A stretch of DNA of 64,000 bases from a bacterium (GCA_030690305.1 JAUYHB010000027.1:79670-143669), one strand, 5' to 3'; counted from the first letter of the stretch, positions 49,075-59,263 are shown. A program made the numbers and translations. Notes: generated by a model not told the origin, from the sequence alone.

Positions 49075-49473
49075 TTATTTAAGACCCTTGCAATTCGCCG
49101 CGGGAGTGTAACCTGCCGCGCGGGCTTCCTCGGGAGAATTAAAAGTAATTTTGTTTTCTTCCGCTATGCTTCTGGCGCCCGAACACCACGGATAGTGGTA
49201 CTTCGTCCCCTTCTTTGAAGCGACAACCATTTCCGAAGAGACCTCCTGGGAGGCGAGATTTTGGGCTTGCGTGACCTGTGCGGGAGATGCTATCTGGGAG
49301 GTGTTCTCTATCGCCACGGGCTCTTTATGGCCAAAGGAGAGCCTCCCCAAGCCAAAAGCGGCCGAGCCCACCAAAATGAGCATAAAGGCCACAAAAAGGC
49401 TTTGAATACCGTCATCGTCGTTACCGAAAGAGGCCTTGATTTTCTCCGTGATTTCTTTTATACTGTTCCCCAT
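49075..49473 (-). CDS. Membrane-anchored Ada metal-binding-like domain protein
   Basis: VASKKGTKYHYPWC...ITFNSPEEARAAGYTPAANC. Confidence 0.8.
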   Translation of the reverse strand: MGNSIKEITEKIKASFGNDDDGIQSLFVAFMLILVGSAAFGLGRLSFGHKEPVAIENTSQIASPAQVTQAQNLASQEVSSEMVVASKKGTKYHYPWCSGARSIAEENKITFNSPEEARAAGYTPAANCKGLK

Positions 49474-49497
49474 TACGTCAAATTGTAACACAGCACT

Positions 49498-49770
49498 ATG
49501 GCACATAGAAAAGCCCAAGGTTCTACAAAAAACGACCGAGATTCAAATGCGAAGTATCGCGGTATAAAAATCAGCAATGGAGGAACGGCTAAAACCGGAA
49601 TGATTTTGGTGCGCCAAAAAGGCACGAAGTTTATCCCCGGCAAGAACGTCGGTATGGGAAGCGACTATACTCTCTTTGCTCTCAAAGACGGAAAAGTGAA
49701 ATACGGCACGAAGCGCAAAATGCACTTCGACGATACCATCGTCTCCAAAAACATCGTCCACGTTATCTAA
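49498..49770 (+). CDS. rpmA: 50S ribosomal protein L27
   Basis: [16 protein letters not shown]; ILVRQKGTK; [12 protein letters not shown]. Confidence 0.97.
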   Translation: MAHRKAQGSTKNDRDSNAKYRGIKISNGGTAKTGMILVRQKGTKFIPGKNVGMGSDYTLFALKDGKVKYGTKRKMHFDDTIVSKNIVHVI

Positions 49771-49773
49771 ATC

Positions 49774-49811
49774 AAAATCCGCCCTGAGCAAAGTCGAAGG
49801 GCGGATTTTTT
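49774..49811. terminator. Bidirectional terminator containing a CCCTGAGC-nnn-GTCGAAGGG REP-like core
   Basis: AAAATCCGCCCT-gagcaaagtcga-AGGGCGGATTTT between convergent rpmA and rplI. Confidence 0.75.
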
Positions 49812-49820
49812 GTTTTCTTA

Positions 49821-50273
49821 CTATTCTGAGTCTGAGGCGGTAACAATTAATTTCAGTTTTGTTGTCTTGCCGTTGGCTTCAACTTCAATCATATGCTCCC
49901 CCACTTCTTTGACGGGGTGCTCGAGCTTGATGAATCGAGGACTGATATCCAAGCGTGTTTGTTTTTTTACTTCTTCGGCAATTGTTTCTTTGTGAATACC
50001 CGCGAAGAGATGCCCTTTTTCGTTTACCTTGCCTTTGATTTCAACGGTAACTTTGGCGATGTCGCCCATGTTCTTTGCCAGTAAATCTTCCTGGATTTTG
50101 ATATCCGCTTCCATCGTCTTTTTCTTTGCCTCAACTTCCGCAACAAATCCCTCTGTTGCCAAACGGGCAAAATGGTTAGGAAAAAGGTAGTTCTGCGCGT
50201 ATCCGGCGGAAACGTTTACAATATCGTATTTTTTGCCCACTTTCGGAGCGTCTTTAACCAAAACAACTTTCAT
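49821..50273 (-). CDS. rplI: 50S ribosomal protein L9
   Basis: MKVVLVKD..GKKYDIVNVSAGYAQNYLFP; GHLFAGI. Confidence 0.95.
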   Translation of the reverse strand: MKVVLVKDAPKVGKKYDIVNVSAGYAQNYLFPNHFARLATEGFVAEVEAKKKTMEADIKIQEDLLAKNMGDIAKVTVEIKGKVNEKGHLFAGIHKETIAEEVKKQTRLDISPRFIKLEHPVKEVGEHMIEVEANGKTTKLKLIVTASDSE

Positions 50274-50312
50274 ACATTAGGTTTTAGATTCCTTGGTAAT
50301 CCTGTATTTCTA

Positions 50313-51539
50313 TCACTTTTTGAGGAGAATATCAACCGCCTTCTGTAATTGGGGGTCTCTTCCCTTTTCAATATCCTCGGAAGTTATCGGCACTACAACG
50401 TCGGGCGTAAAACCGGCGACAGAAATAGAGTTGCCGTTTGGCGTCAGCCATTTGGCAATGGTAATTTTCAGAGATGTATCGGCGGTCAGTTGTACGAGTT
50501 CCTGCACCGTGCCTTTACCGAATGTCTGTTCTCCGACAACCGTTGCGACACCGTGCTCGCTTAAGGCTCCCGCCAAAATTTCAGAGGCCGAAGCGGAGCC
50601 TTGGTTTACAAGAATAACGAATTCGAGATTTTCGTTGAAAATATCATAGCCCTTGCTTCTGTGGAACTGCTGTTCTTCTTTTCCCCCGTAGTCTTCGATG
50701 GCAATAATTTTGCCCGCCGGTAGAAACCAGCTTCCGATGTCAACAGCGGCTTCCAAAAAGCCTCCAGGATTTCCACGCAAATCGAGCACCAACCGTGTTG
50801 AGCCCGAGAGAATGAATTCACGAAGGGCATTTCGGAAAAGATTCGGCGAAACTGCGGAAAAATTGTAGAGTTTTATGACAAATATGCCGTCAGAGCGAAG
50901 TTCGGTATCAAGAGTGGGAATGTCTATAACGTCGCGAACAACGCTTATTTCAAGCGCTTCACTTTCGCCTTCACGGACAATGGTAAAGGTCACTTTCGTG
51001 CCTTTCGGTCCGCGGATTTTTTGAATAGCGTCATCCACGGAAACGCGGGCCGTTGAAGTGCCGTCAATTGCTATGATTTTGTCCTGCGCCTGAATGCCCG
51101 CGCGATACGCCGGCGTGCCTTTGAGCGGGGCAACAACCGTCAGCACGTTGTCTCGGATGCCGATTTCCATTCCCACGCCCTCAAAATTTCCGCTGATTTC
51201 GCTTTCAAAGTATTTTGCTTCCACGGGCGGGAAAAAGACGGTGTACGGGTCTCCGAAGGAGTCCGCAAGGCCTGAAATAGCACCCCATACTTTGTCGGCA
51301 TCCGTTACCGTTTTCTCGGTTGTGGTTGAGACCGAAACGAATTTTGAATCAAGGATGGTCCACGCTTTCCAGAACGGGGCGAAGTCGACAGAGGAAGGCT
51401 TGCCCTCCTCTTTATTTAAAAGATTGATAGCAGCGACCGTCGCGCGCTTCTCGCCCATGTAGAATCCAATGCCAAAAGAAGCCCCGATAAGGGCCGCGGC
51501 AACGATAATAACTATTGTTTTGGTGGAAAAATTCCGCAT
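50313..51539 (-). CDS. ctpA: S41 C-terminal processing protease with PDZ domain
   Basis: DPYT, GVGMEI, LDLRGNPGG, SASASEILAGAL, TFGKGTVQ. Confidence 0.93.
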   Translation of the reverse strand: MRNFSTKTIVIIVAAALIGASFGIGFYMGEKRATVAAINLLNKEEGKPSSVDFAPFWKAWTILDSKFVSVSTTTEKTVTDADKVWGAISGLADSFGDPYTVFFPPVEAKYFESEISGNFEGVGMEIGIRDNVLTVVAPLKGTPAYRAGIQAQDKIIAIDGTSTARVSVDDAIQKIRGPKGTKVTFTIVREGESEALEISVVRDVIDIPTLDTELRSDGIFVIKLYNFSAVSPNLFRNALREFILSGSTRLVLDLRGNPGGFLEAAVDIGSWFLPAGKIIAIEDYGGKEEQQFHRSKGYDIFNENLEFVILVNQGSASASEILAGALSEHGVATVVGEQTFGKGTVQELVQLTADTSLKITIAKWLTPNGNSISVAGFTPDVVVPITSEDIEKGRDPQLQKAVDILLKK

Positions 51540-51610
51540 GTGCTTTCCAATTATCGCACGCTCGTATCGTGATGGTCAAATAAAACATCGCAAGATATAA
51601 TAGTGCGTAT

Positions 51611-52525
51611 ATGATGAATCGGTACCAGTACGACAGTGTAACGTGGATAGACCTTAATCAGCCTACTGAAGAAGAGGTTGGTGTTGTCGCTAAAGAATTT
51701 TCCATAGACGCGGTGGTTTCTCACGACCTTCTGACACCTACACCGAAGCCTAAAGTGGAAATCGGAAATGGATATCTTTACACGGTGCTTCACTTCCCCG
51801 TATCCAAGCATACGCACATGGAAGATTGCTCGTCGCAGGAAATCGATTTTCTTGTCGGCAAAAATTTTGTCATTACCGTGCGGTATGAAATTGTGGACGC
51901 CCTCGAGCAATTGGCCAAAGAGGTTGAAGTGAAGTCCATCGTCACCGACGGCATGGACAAGAGAAGTGGAAATCTGCTCTTCTTTATCATGCTTAAAGAA
52001 TTGTACGAATCGGTGGAGAACGAACTCGGGTACCTCAACGACTGGATGCAAGGTATTGAAAAGAAGATTTTTACCGGGCAGGAAAAAGATATGGTTATTT
52101 CCCTCTCGCATGCCATCCGCGTATTGCTTGATTTCAAAAAAGTTATTCGTACTCATACCCATCTGCTTCCGGCTATCGAGATTTCCGGAAAGAAAATTTT
52201 TGGAGACGAATTTGAATATCAGATTGACGCTCTGCAAGCCGAACACGGCAACATAAGCGAATCTATCGACAGTCTCATGGAATCTGTTGTTGAATTCCGC
52301 GAAACAAACAATTCTCTGCTTGAATCGAAACAGAACGAAGTGATGAAGACACTTACTCTCATGGCGTTTATTACTCTCCCGCTTTCCTTGATTGCGAGCA
52401 TTTTCAGCATGAACACATGGCTTCCGTTTGTCGGACAGGAAAACGATTTTTTCATCGTGCTTATCATTATGGTTGTCGCCGTTTTGACTATTTTCCTTGC
52501 TTTCAAATTAAGGAAATGGATTTAA
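51611..52525 (+). CDS. corA: CorA-family divalent cation transporter
   Basis: TWIDL..P; NEVMKTLT..LPLSLIASIFSMN (GMN variant); two C-terminal TM. Confidence 0.88.
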   Translation: MMNRYQYDSVTWIDLNQPTEEEVGVVAKEFSIDAVVSHDLLTPTPKPKVEIGNGYLYTVLHFPVSKHTHMEDCSSQEIDFLVGKNFVITVRYEIVDALEQLAKEVEVKSIVTDGMDKRSGNLLFFIMLKELYESVENELGYLNDWMQGIEKKIFTGQEKDMVISLSHAIRVLLDFKKVIRTHTHLLPAIEISGKKIFGDEFEYQIDALQAEHGNISESIDSLMESVVEFRETNNSLLESKQNEVMKTLTLMAFITLPLSLIASIFSMNTWLPFVGQENDFFIVLIIMVVAVLTIFLAFKLRKWI

Positions 52526-52528
52526 CCG

Positions 52529-53917
52529 ATGCTTTCGCTTTTTAATACTCTTACCGACCGCAAAGAAGAATTTGCTCCACTTCACGACAAAACCGTCGGA
52601 ATGTATCATTGCGGCCCGACGGTATATAACTATCCGCACGTCGGAAACCTCCGTGCTTACGTATTTGCCGATATCCTTAAGCGCGCCCTCTTATATGAGG
52701 GCCTTTCGGTAACCCAAGTCATCAATATTACCGATGTGGGACACCTTGTCGGAGACCATGACGAGGGAGAGGACAAAGTGGAAGCGGGCGCGCGAAAAGA
52801 AGGAAAAACCGCGCAAGAAATCACCGAGTTTTACACGCAGGCTTTTTTCGACGACATACACGCCCTCAATATCGAAACTACCGGCACCCTCTTCCCTCGC
52901 GCGACGGAAAACATTGAAGAGCAAATCGCCCTTATCAAACACCTTGGAGAAAAAGGATACACGTATGTGACATCCGATGGTGTTTATTTCGACACTTCCA
53001 AGTTTCCCGATTACGGGAAATTGGGAAATATAAATTTGGCGGGGCTTTCGGAAGGCGCGCGCGTTGCCGCCAATACGGAGAAGAAGAATCCGACTGATTT
53101 CGCATTATGGAAATTCTCTCAAAGCGCCGAAAAACGCCAGCAGGAGTGGGAATCGCCGTGGGGAACGGGATTTCCCGGATGGCATGCCGAGTGTTCGGCC
53201 ATGTCCATGAAGTTTTTGGGAGAAACGTTTGATATTCATACCGGAGGCATCGACCATATTCCCGTCCATCACAACAACGAAATCGCGCAATCCGAAGCGG
53301 CAACAGGAAAGAAATTTGTCCGTTTCTGGATGCATAATGCGTTTATCAATGCTTCGGGAGACGTGAAAATGGCAAAGTCGGAAGAAAATTTCGTACGGCT
53401 CGCGGGTATCGCCGAACATGGCATTCATCCCATCGCTTGCCGCTATTGGCTCCTCTCCGCTCATTACCGTTCACCGATGATTTTTTCCTGGGACGCGTTG
53501 GAGGCGGCGGATGTCGCGTTGCGGAAACTTAATGCGCACGTTTTACAACTTCCCGAATCCGAAGGAAAACTTGCTTCTCCATATCATGCGGAATTTAAAA
53601 AACTTATTGAAGACGATTTGGACACTCCCAAAGTGCTCGCGCTCTTGTGGAAACTTGTTAAAGATACTCAAATAAAAGAAGAGGACAAGAAAGCGACTAT
53701 TTTGGACTTTGACCGGGTACTCGGGCTCAATCTCTCCGCTTCCCTGTTTGAAGAAGGGATAATCCCCCAAAATGTCCGCGAACTTGCCGAAAAACGAGAG
53801 AAGTCCCGCGTGGAAAAAAATTGGAAAGAGGCTGATGCTCTTAGAGAACAAATTCTTTCCCTTGGCTATGAAATACGCGATACGGAACATGGTTTTTTCA
53901 TCGGGAAAAAACGCTGA
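52529..53917 (+). CDS. cysS: Cysteine--tRNA ligase
   Basis: CGPTVY, HVGN, NITDVGH, DFALWK, PGWHAECSAM, DIHTGGID, KMAKS. Confidence 0.97.
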   Translation: MLSLFNTLTDRKEEFAPLHDKTVGMYHCGPTVYNYPHVGNLRAYVFADILKRALLYEGLSVTQVINITDVGHLVGDHDEGEDKVEAGARKEGKTAQEITEFYTQAFFDDIHALNIETTGTLFPRATENIEEQIALIKHLGEKGYTYVTSDGVYFDTSKFPDYGKLGNINLAGLSEGARVAANTEKKNPTDFALWKFSQSAEKRQQEWESPWGTGFPGWHAECSAMSMKFLGETFDIHTGGIDHIPVHHNNEIAQSEAATGKKFVRFWMHNAFINASGDVKMAKSEENFVRLAGIAEHGIHPIACRYWLLSAHYRSPMIFSWDALEAADVALRKLNAHVLQLPESEGKLASPYHAEFKKLIEDDLDTPKVLALLWKLVKDTQIKEEDKKATILDFDRVLGLNLSASLFEEGIIPQNVRELAEKREKSRVEKNWKEADALREQILSLGYEIRDTEHGFFIGKKR

Positions 53918-53924
53918 AAGTTAA

Positions 53925-54024
53925 ACAAAAAAAAACTGCCGAGAGGTTTTACGCTCTCGGCAGGCAAAGAAGGAGGTACTGCTCACTACTCTAATGACTA
54001 AAGATCCCTCTTCAGTCGCTTGCC
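53925..54024 (-). ncRNA. Candidate ~100-nt small RNA between cysS and dnaB
   Basis: TTGACC-16-TAGAGT with extended TG; GGCAA/TTGCC closing stem; GACTGAAGA/TCTTTAGTC hairpin; terminator CTGCCGAGAG/CTCTCGGCAG + poly-T. Confidence 0.45.
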
Positions 54025-54151
54025 ACACTCTAACACAACAAATCTGCAGGTCAAGGACTTGTTCACAATTTAGACACACCTTTTCCTCTTTTTCCTCCTC
54101 TTTTTTAATAGACGGATTTTTGGGTGTGATAGACTTAAAGTTACAAAAAAA

Positions 54152-55540
54152 ATGCCTGTTTCTCCATTTATGCAAGTCAAAAATGTCCGCGTACCTCCTC
54201 AAAACGTTGAGGCGGAAATGGCATTGTTGGGCTCGGTCATGCTTCGTCCAGAGGCATTGTATGAAATTATCGACATAATTTCTCCCGATGTTTTTTATTC
54301 AACGAGACATCGGATTATTTTTGACGGGATGCTTGATTTGTTTTCCAAAAGCACACCCGTTGACCTTCTCTCCCTTTCTTCCCGTCTTAAAGAAAAAAAT
54401 CTTCTCGACGATGTCGGAGGAAGCACATATCTTTCCGAACTCGTAAGCTCGGTTCCCTCTTCCGCCCACGTTGAACACTATGCGGAAATCGTGCGCAAAA
54501 AATATCTGATGCGCAAACTTATTGAGGCATCCGAACATATCGCCCTTCTCGGATACGAAGAGGCGCATGAGATTGAATATATTCTTGATGCCGCGGAAAA
54601 AAGAATTTTTGAAGTTACCAACACTTCCAACCTTCACAATTTCACCTCTCTCAAAGACGCTCTCGGCGAAGCGTGGGAAAGATTGGACAGGCTCCACCGT
54701 TCCGAAGACAAAATCCGCGGAGTGCCCACCGGCTACCAGGAACTCGATAACAAACTTTCAGGTTTGCAAAAATCAGACCTTATCATCCTTGCCGCACGTC
54801 CTTCCATGGGAAAAACGTCTCTTGCTCTCGACATTGCCCGCCAAACAGCGATAAAACACAATACTCCCGTCGGTATTTTTTCTCTGGAAATGAGTTCGCA
54901 ACAGCTTGTTGACCGCATGCTCGCGGCCGAGTCGCGCGTTGACGCGTGGAAATTACGCACCGGCCAGCTTTCTATAGAACAAGAATTCGGAAAAATCCGA
55001 GATTCGCTTGACGTGCTTTCCAAAGCCCCGATTTATATAGACGACCAGCCCGGCAATACAATCCTCAAAATGCGTTCCACCGCGCGACGCTTGAAGAGCG
55101 AAAAAAATCTCGGGCTTATTATCGTCGATTACCTTCAGCTCATGGCCCCGACGCATACGCGTGCTTCGGATTCTCTGGTTCAACAAGTCACGGAAATTTC
55201 CCGCTCTCTCAAACACTTGGCCCGCGAACTTGATGTGCCCGTGCTCGCGCTTTCCCAGTTATCGCGCGCCGTTGAACAGCGCGGCGGACGTCCCCGACTT
55301 TCGGACTTACGCGATTCGGGTTCCATCGAACAGGATGCGGACGTCGTGATGTTCATTCACCGAGAGGATAAATACGACGAGAACAGCGACCGGCCGAACA
55401 TCGCCGAAATACTCATTGAAAAACACCGTAATGGTCCGACCGGAAAAGTTGAACTTTATTTTGACGACAAAAAGTCAACGTTTCTCAGTATTGAAAAATC
55501 GGAAGTTCCGTCCGCCGACTCGGAATTCGGTGACCTGTAA
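54152..55540 (+). CDS. dnaB: Replicative DNA helicase
   Basis: PPQNVEAE, AARPSMGKT, IVDYLQL, LSQLSR, LRDSGSIEQDAD, KHRNGPTG. Confidence 0.97.
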   Translation: MPVSPFMQVKNVRVPPQNVEAEMALLGSVMLRPEALYEIIDIISPDVFYSTRHRIIFDGMLDLFSKSTPVDLLSLSSRLKEKNLLDDVGGSTYLSELVSSVPSSAHVEHYAEIVRKKYLMRKLIEASEHIALLGYEEAHEIEYILDAAEKRIFEVTNTSNLHNFTSLKDALGEAWERLDRLHRSEDKIRGVPTGYQELDNKLSGLQKSDLIILAARPSMGKTSLALDIARQTAIKHNTPVGIFSLEMSSQQLVDRMLAAESRVDAWKLRTGQLSIEQEFGKIRDSLDVLSKAPIYIDDQPGNTILKMRSTARRLKSEKNLGLIIVDYLQLMAPTHTRASDSLVQQVTEISRSLKHLARELDVPVLALSQLSRAVEQRGGRPRLSDLRDSGSIEQDADVVMFIHREDKYDENSDRPNIAEILIEKHRNGPTGKVELYFDDKKSTFLSIEKSEVPSADSEFGDL

Positions 55541-55543
55541 ACC

Positions 55544-56167
55544 ATGCGAAGCGTTGATACTCTGATTGAGATATTCATGAAGTTTCCCGGCGTGGGCCCC
55601 CGTCAGGCACGCCGTTTTGTATATTTTCTTTTGGGAAAAAACGGGACGTTTATCGCGGAGTTGAACGAAGCGTTGCAGAAGCTTTCCAAAGAAATGCGTC
55701 TATGCGAATCGTGTTTCAGATATTTTCATAAAGAGAACGGCAATACGTCCGCCGTATGTTCCATATGCTCGGACACGCACCGCGACGAACATTCCCTCCT
55801 TATTGTCTCGGGAAATGTTGATTTGGAAAGTATTGAAAAAAGCGGATATTGGAAAGGGCGATATTTCGTGCTCGGAGGCATTGTTCCCATACTTGAAAAA
55901 AATCCCGAACAGAGAATCAAACTGAAAGAATTGAAACAAAAAATAGAAAAGGAGGGCAAGAAAAAAATACTTAAAGAGATTGTCCTCGCGCTCAATACCA
56001 CTCCCGAAGGAGAAAATACTTCCCTTTTCTTGCAGTCCAACCTTGAACCGCTTTTTAAAGAACATTCAATTAAAATCTCCGTGCTTGGACGCGGGCTCTC
56101 AACCGGTGCCGAGCTTGAATACGCCGACAGCGAAACCATCAAAAACGCTCTACAAAACAGGCATTAA
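55544..56167 (+). CDS. recR: Recombination protein RecR
   Basis: FPGVGPRQARR HhH, C4 zinc finger, TOPRIM, ELEYAD. Confidence 0.95.
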   Translation: MRSVDTLIEIFMKFPGVGPRQARRFVYFLLGKNGTFIAELNEALQKLSKEMRLCESCFRYFHKENGNTSAVCSICSDTHRDEHSLLIVSGNVDLESIEKSGYWKGRYFVLGGIVPILEKNPEQRIKLKELKQKIEKEGKKKILKEIVLALNTTPEGENTSLFLQSNLEPLFKEHSIKISVLGRGLSTGAELEYADSETIKNALQNRH

Positions 56168-56195
56168 AAAAAACAGACGCGATTTGCGTCTGTTT

Positions 56196-56573
56196 TTACT
56201 TTATAGCGTCTATTTTCACCACAGCAAAGGGCTGGCGGTGGGTATTAACTTTTCGGTAACGGCTTTTTTGTCTGTATTTTAAAACCAAAACCTTAGCTGA
56301 TCTTCCCGCTTTGGCGTATGTTGCTTCCACTTTCGCACCTGTTATATACGGTGTGCCGATGGTTGTGTCCGTGCCATTGTCCACCAAAAGCACTTTATCA
56401 AAAGTGATCTTGTCTCCTTCTTTGTGTTCTCCGGCAAGTTTTTCAATTTTTAGGGTGTCCCCCACTTTAACCGTGTACTGTTTTCCGCCAGTCAAAATAA
56501 CTGCGAATTCTTTTCCTGAAGCGGTCTTCGGGGTTTTCTTTACCGTATTCTTTTTTACTGCCTTTTCAGCCAT
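56196..56573 (-). CDS. rplU: 50S ribosomal protein L21
   Basis: FAVILTGGKQYTVKVGD; IGTPYITGAKV; HRQPF. Confidence 0.96.
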   Translation of the reverse strand: MAEKAVKKNTVKKTPKTASGKEFAVILTGGKQYTVKVGDTLKIEKLAGEHKEGDKITFDKVLLVDNGTDTTIGTPYITGAKVEATYAKAGRSAKVLVLKYRQKSRYRKVNTHRQPFAVVKIDAIK

Positions 56574-56690
56574 AATGTTGCCTATTCTACACAAATATAC
56601 TCAAAATGCAAACGTTTTTACAGAGCCATATTATGTGCTAGTATCTCCAAGAGAAATTTAAACCGAAAATTCTTAAAAAACGGAGGAAAT

Positions 56691-56942
56691 ATGGCATTAA
56701 AGATAGGAAGTCTCGCTCATTTTGAAAGGTTTCTTGACAAGGGAAACAGACCGTGGGAATACGTCAAAGCATTCGAATCATCCGGGATGTCACACGAGAA
56801 AGTGGACAAAATTCAAGAGAAAAGACTACAGAGAAGTGAGGAGGCAGTATCGCTATTCATGCCAAATGACAATACAAGCGATGACTGGTTCCCCGCTCCC
56901 GGTTTCGAGACGGATGGAAAGAAAAAAGAAATCGAAGGCTGA
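56691..56942 (+). CDS. Small hypothetical protein
   Basis: SD GGAGG; terminator at ~56945-56975. Confidence 0.6.
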   Translation: MALKIGSLAHFERFLDKGNRPWEYVKAFESSGMSHEKVDKIQEKRLQRSEEAVSLFMPNDNTSDDWFPAPGFETDGKKKEIEG

Positions 56943-57044
56943 CAAGAGCCGCGACGTTAGTACGTTCGCGGCTCTTTCTTTGACTTTTATTTGTTTTTTC
57001 GGTTCAATACAGAAAGAGAAGAACTTTTACAAAAGGAGTCTAAC

Positions 57045-57266
57045 ATGGGACAAAAAAAAGAGTTAGGAATAAAAGAACTTGTCATCAGTGATGAACTGCG
57101 GGAAAAGTTTAAAACCGAAACCAATCCTGAAGTCAGGAGAAGACTGGAAGAACTTCACGGATGGAGAATGGAAAGCGCCCGTATCTTTCCCTACTGGCCA
57201 AAAAGAGGAGGGCATAATGCTGAAGACAGTCGACAAAAAAATGCAGGACTACTACAACGCTTATAG
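57045..57266 (+). CDS. Small hypothetical protein
   Basis: SD AAGGAG before ATG 57045. Confidence 0.55.
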   Translation: MGQKKELGIKELVISDELREKFKTETNPEVRRRLEELHGWRMESARIFPYWPKRGGHNAEDSRQKNAGLLQRL

Positions 57267-57525
57267 AAGAGAAATCGGCACTCCGGCAGACTTCAAGAGA
57301 TTCTCTCGGCTTCCCGGAGAACTTACAGAAAGACTGGAAGAAAATTTCCTTGATGAGTTTCGTCAGGGAGACCAGATACTTTTAAACAAAATTGCGGCTG
57401 AAGACCGAAAAGTCCTTATCGGGAAATTGATAAGATTTTTGACGGGCGGGATTTTACTCGCTCTTCTTCTCGCTCTCTTTTTAAACACCGTCGTAGACCC
57501 TCTTTTGCGTTTTGTTGTCAGTTAA
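57217..57525 (+). CDS. Small hypothetical protein with C-terminal TM
   Basis: SD GAGGAGG before ATG 57217; terminator at ~57524-57557. Confidence 0.6.
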   Translation: MLKTVDKKMQDYYNAYRREIGTPADFKRFSRLPGELTERLEENFLDEFRQGDQILLNKIAAEDRKVLIGKLIRFLTGGILLALLLALFLNTVVDPLLRFVVS

Positions 57526-57607
57526 AAGCCGTGAGTTTGTAAACTCACGGCTTTTTTGTTTTTCCTATTTTTTCATTTCTTCCCGTTGAAGTGATTATGA
57601 ACGTCTT

Positions 57608-58693
57608 TTACTCTTCCTCCCTGTCGGGCTTTTCCAAAGTCAAAACTTCTATGCCCGGGCTTTTCTCGGTAATACGTAAAACGTCTTTATCAATTTTTCC
57701 GAGTTCTTTGTATGCTTTGTTGTAATGGTTAACCGTTGTGCCAAGCGTGTTGCCCATAGCCGAAAAATACTGCTCATAGGCACCGATATGCTTACCTAAA
57801 TCCGCTACTCGCTTGATTATGTCTTTTGCCGTCTCTTCAATCTGAAGCGCGTGAAGGCCTTGAAGAACAGTCTGAAGATACGCAAAAAAAGATGTGGGGG
57901 AAACAATGATGACGTGCTTTTCTTTGAAAGCGTATTCGATAAGGTCGCGGGTATTTACTTTCGTGGCGCCTACTTCGTTTACAAGCAAGTCGTAATACAC
58001 AGCCTCATGAGGAATAAACATGAAAGCAAAATCCATAGTATTCTCGGACGGCTTTATATATTTCGAAGTCTCGTCAATGCGATTTTTCAAATCCCCTTTA
58101 AAGAGTTTTTCCAGTTCACCACGCCGTGTCGGGTCTTTTTCCTCCGTTAGACGGTTATAATTTTCCAATGAAAATTTTGAGTCTATGGGGATAATTTTTT
58201 CTTTAACAAAGACTACAGCGTCTACAACCGTGTCATCTTTGAATTTGTACTGCATCTGGTAATCCTTCGGCGCTAAAACGTTCTCAAGAAGCGTCTTTAG
58301 AAAGTATTCTCCGAGTATCCCCCGCTGTTTTGGATTTTTCAGAACATCCTGAAGCGATTTAAGCTGGTCGGCAAAAGAAACGACTTGGCGGTTGGTTTCA
58401 TCAAGCCGAGTGAGTTTCTCGGTCACATCGCGGATTATCTTCGCCGAACTCTCGCTTGTGCGGTGCAGAGAGTCCGTCATTTGGCGCGAGTTTTCCAGAA
58501 GTTTCCCGTCCACAGTTTGTGTGAGTTCGGACTGCCGGCGCGTGAGTTCGTTCATCTGCTCGAGAATGAGTTTGAGGCCGGTGTCGTTGCCTTCTTTCTC
58601 CTGAGGTTTTCTGCCTAGAAAAAACCACAGTAAAAAACCGTTTAAAACGAGTATGGCAATACCGATAAAAATAAGAACTCCCGTCTGAGACAT
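57608..58693 (-). CDS. rmuC: DNA recombination protein RmuC
   Basis: N-terminal TM and coiled coil; KQRGILGE, IPIDSKF, DFAFMFIPHE, VSPTSF. Confidence 0.93.
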   Translation of the reverse strand: MSQTGVLIFIGIAILVLNGFLLWFFLGRKPQEKEGNDTGLKLILEQMNELTRRQSELTQTVDGKLLENSRQMTDSLHRTSESSAKIIRDVTEKLTRLDETNRQVVSFADQLKSLQDVLKNPKQRGILGEYFLKTLLENVLAPKDYQMQYKFKDDTVVDAVVFVKEKIIPIDSKFSLENYNRLTEEKDPTRRGELEKLFKGDLKNRIDETSKYIKPSENTMDFAFMFIPHEAVYYDLLVNEVGATKVNTRDLIEYAFKEKHVIIVSPTSFFAYLQTVLQGLHALQIEETAKDIIKRVADLGKHIGAYEQYFSAMGNTLGTTVNHYNKAYKELGKIDKDVLRITEKSPGIEVLTLEKPDREEE

Positions 58694-58730
58694 AGCGTCA
58701 TTATAGCAAAAATAGTATATTAGAAGGCAT

Positions 58731-59183
58731 ATGTTACACCAAGCAATACGGGGAAAGATGACTGAGGCAATGCGCGCAAAAGACGAAGTGCGTCTTCTGA
58801 CCTATCGCGGACTTATCGCCGCGTGTACCAACGAACTTGTCGCCAAGCGCCGCAAGCCCGACGAAATGCTTACCGATGAAGAAGTGCTCGCTGTTGTTTC
58901 GCGTGGAATTAAACAGCGCAAAGACTCCATTGAACAATTTACAAAAGGCGGACGCCCTGAATTGGCCGCAAGCGAGGAAGCGGAAATGAAAATTCTTGCC
59001 GAATTCCTTCCGCCCCAAATGTCCAAGGACGAGATTAAAATTGTTGCCGAAAAGAAAAAGGCGGAACTTGGCATGACCGACAAAGCGAAGGCCGGAATGC
59101 TTATGGGCGCCGTCATGAAAGAACTAAAAGGCAAAGCTGATGGAGGTGATGTGAAGGAAGTTATTGACGCTCTTTTCTCTTAG
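58731..59183 (+). CDS. yqeY: GatB/YqeY domain protein
   Basis: AMRAKD; KQRKDSIEQF..GGR.ELA..E.AE..IL..FLP; GKADG. Confidence 0.93.
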   Translation: MLHQAIRGKMTEAMRAKDEVRLLTYRGLIAACTNELVAKRRKPDEMLTDEEVLAVVSRGIKQRKDSIEQFTKGGRPELAASEEAEMKILAEFLPPQMSKDEIKIVAEKKKAELGMTDKAKAGMLMGAVMKELKGKADGGDVKEVIDALFS

Positions 59184-59263
59184 GTTCGATTGACAGAGCG
59201 GGTTTGAGGAGTACTATTTCCCTCAGACATTTTGCTCCACATACAGAACAAAAGGAGGTAGAA

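Noticed and set aside
51551-52246. 231-aa minus-strand ORF
   Set aside because: Antisense to the well-supported corA gene.
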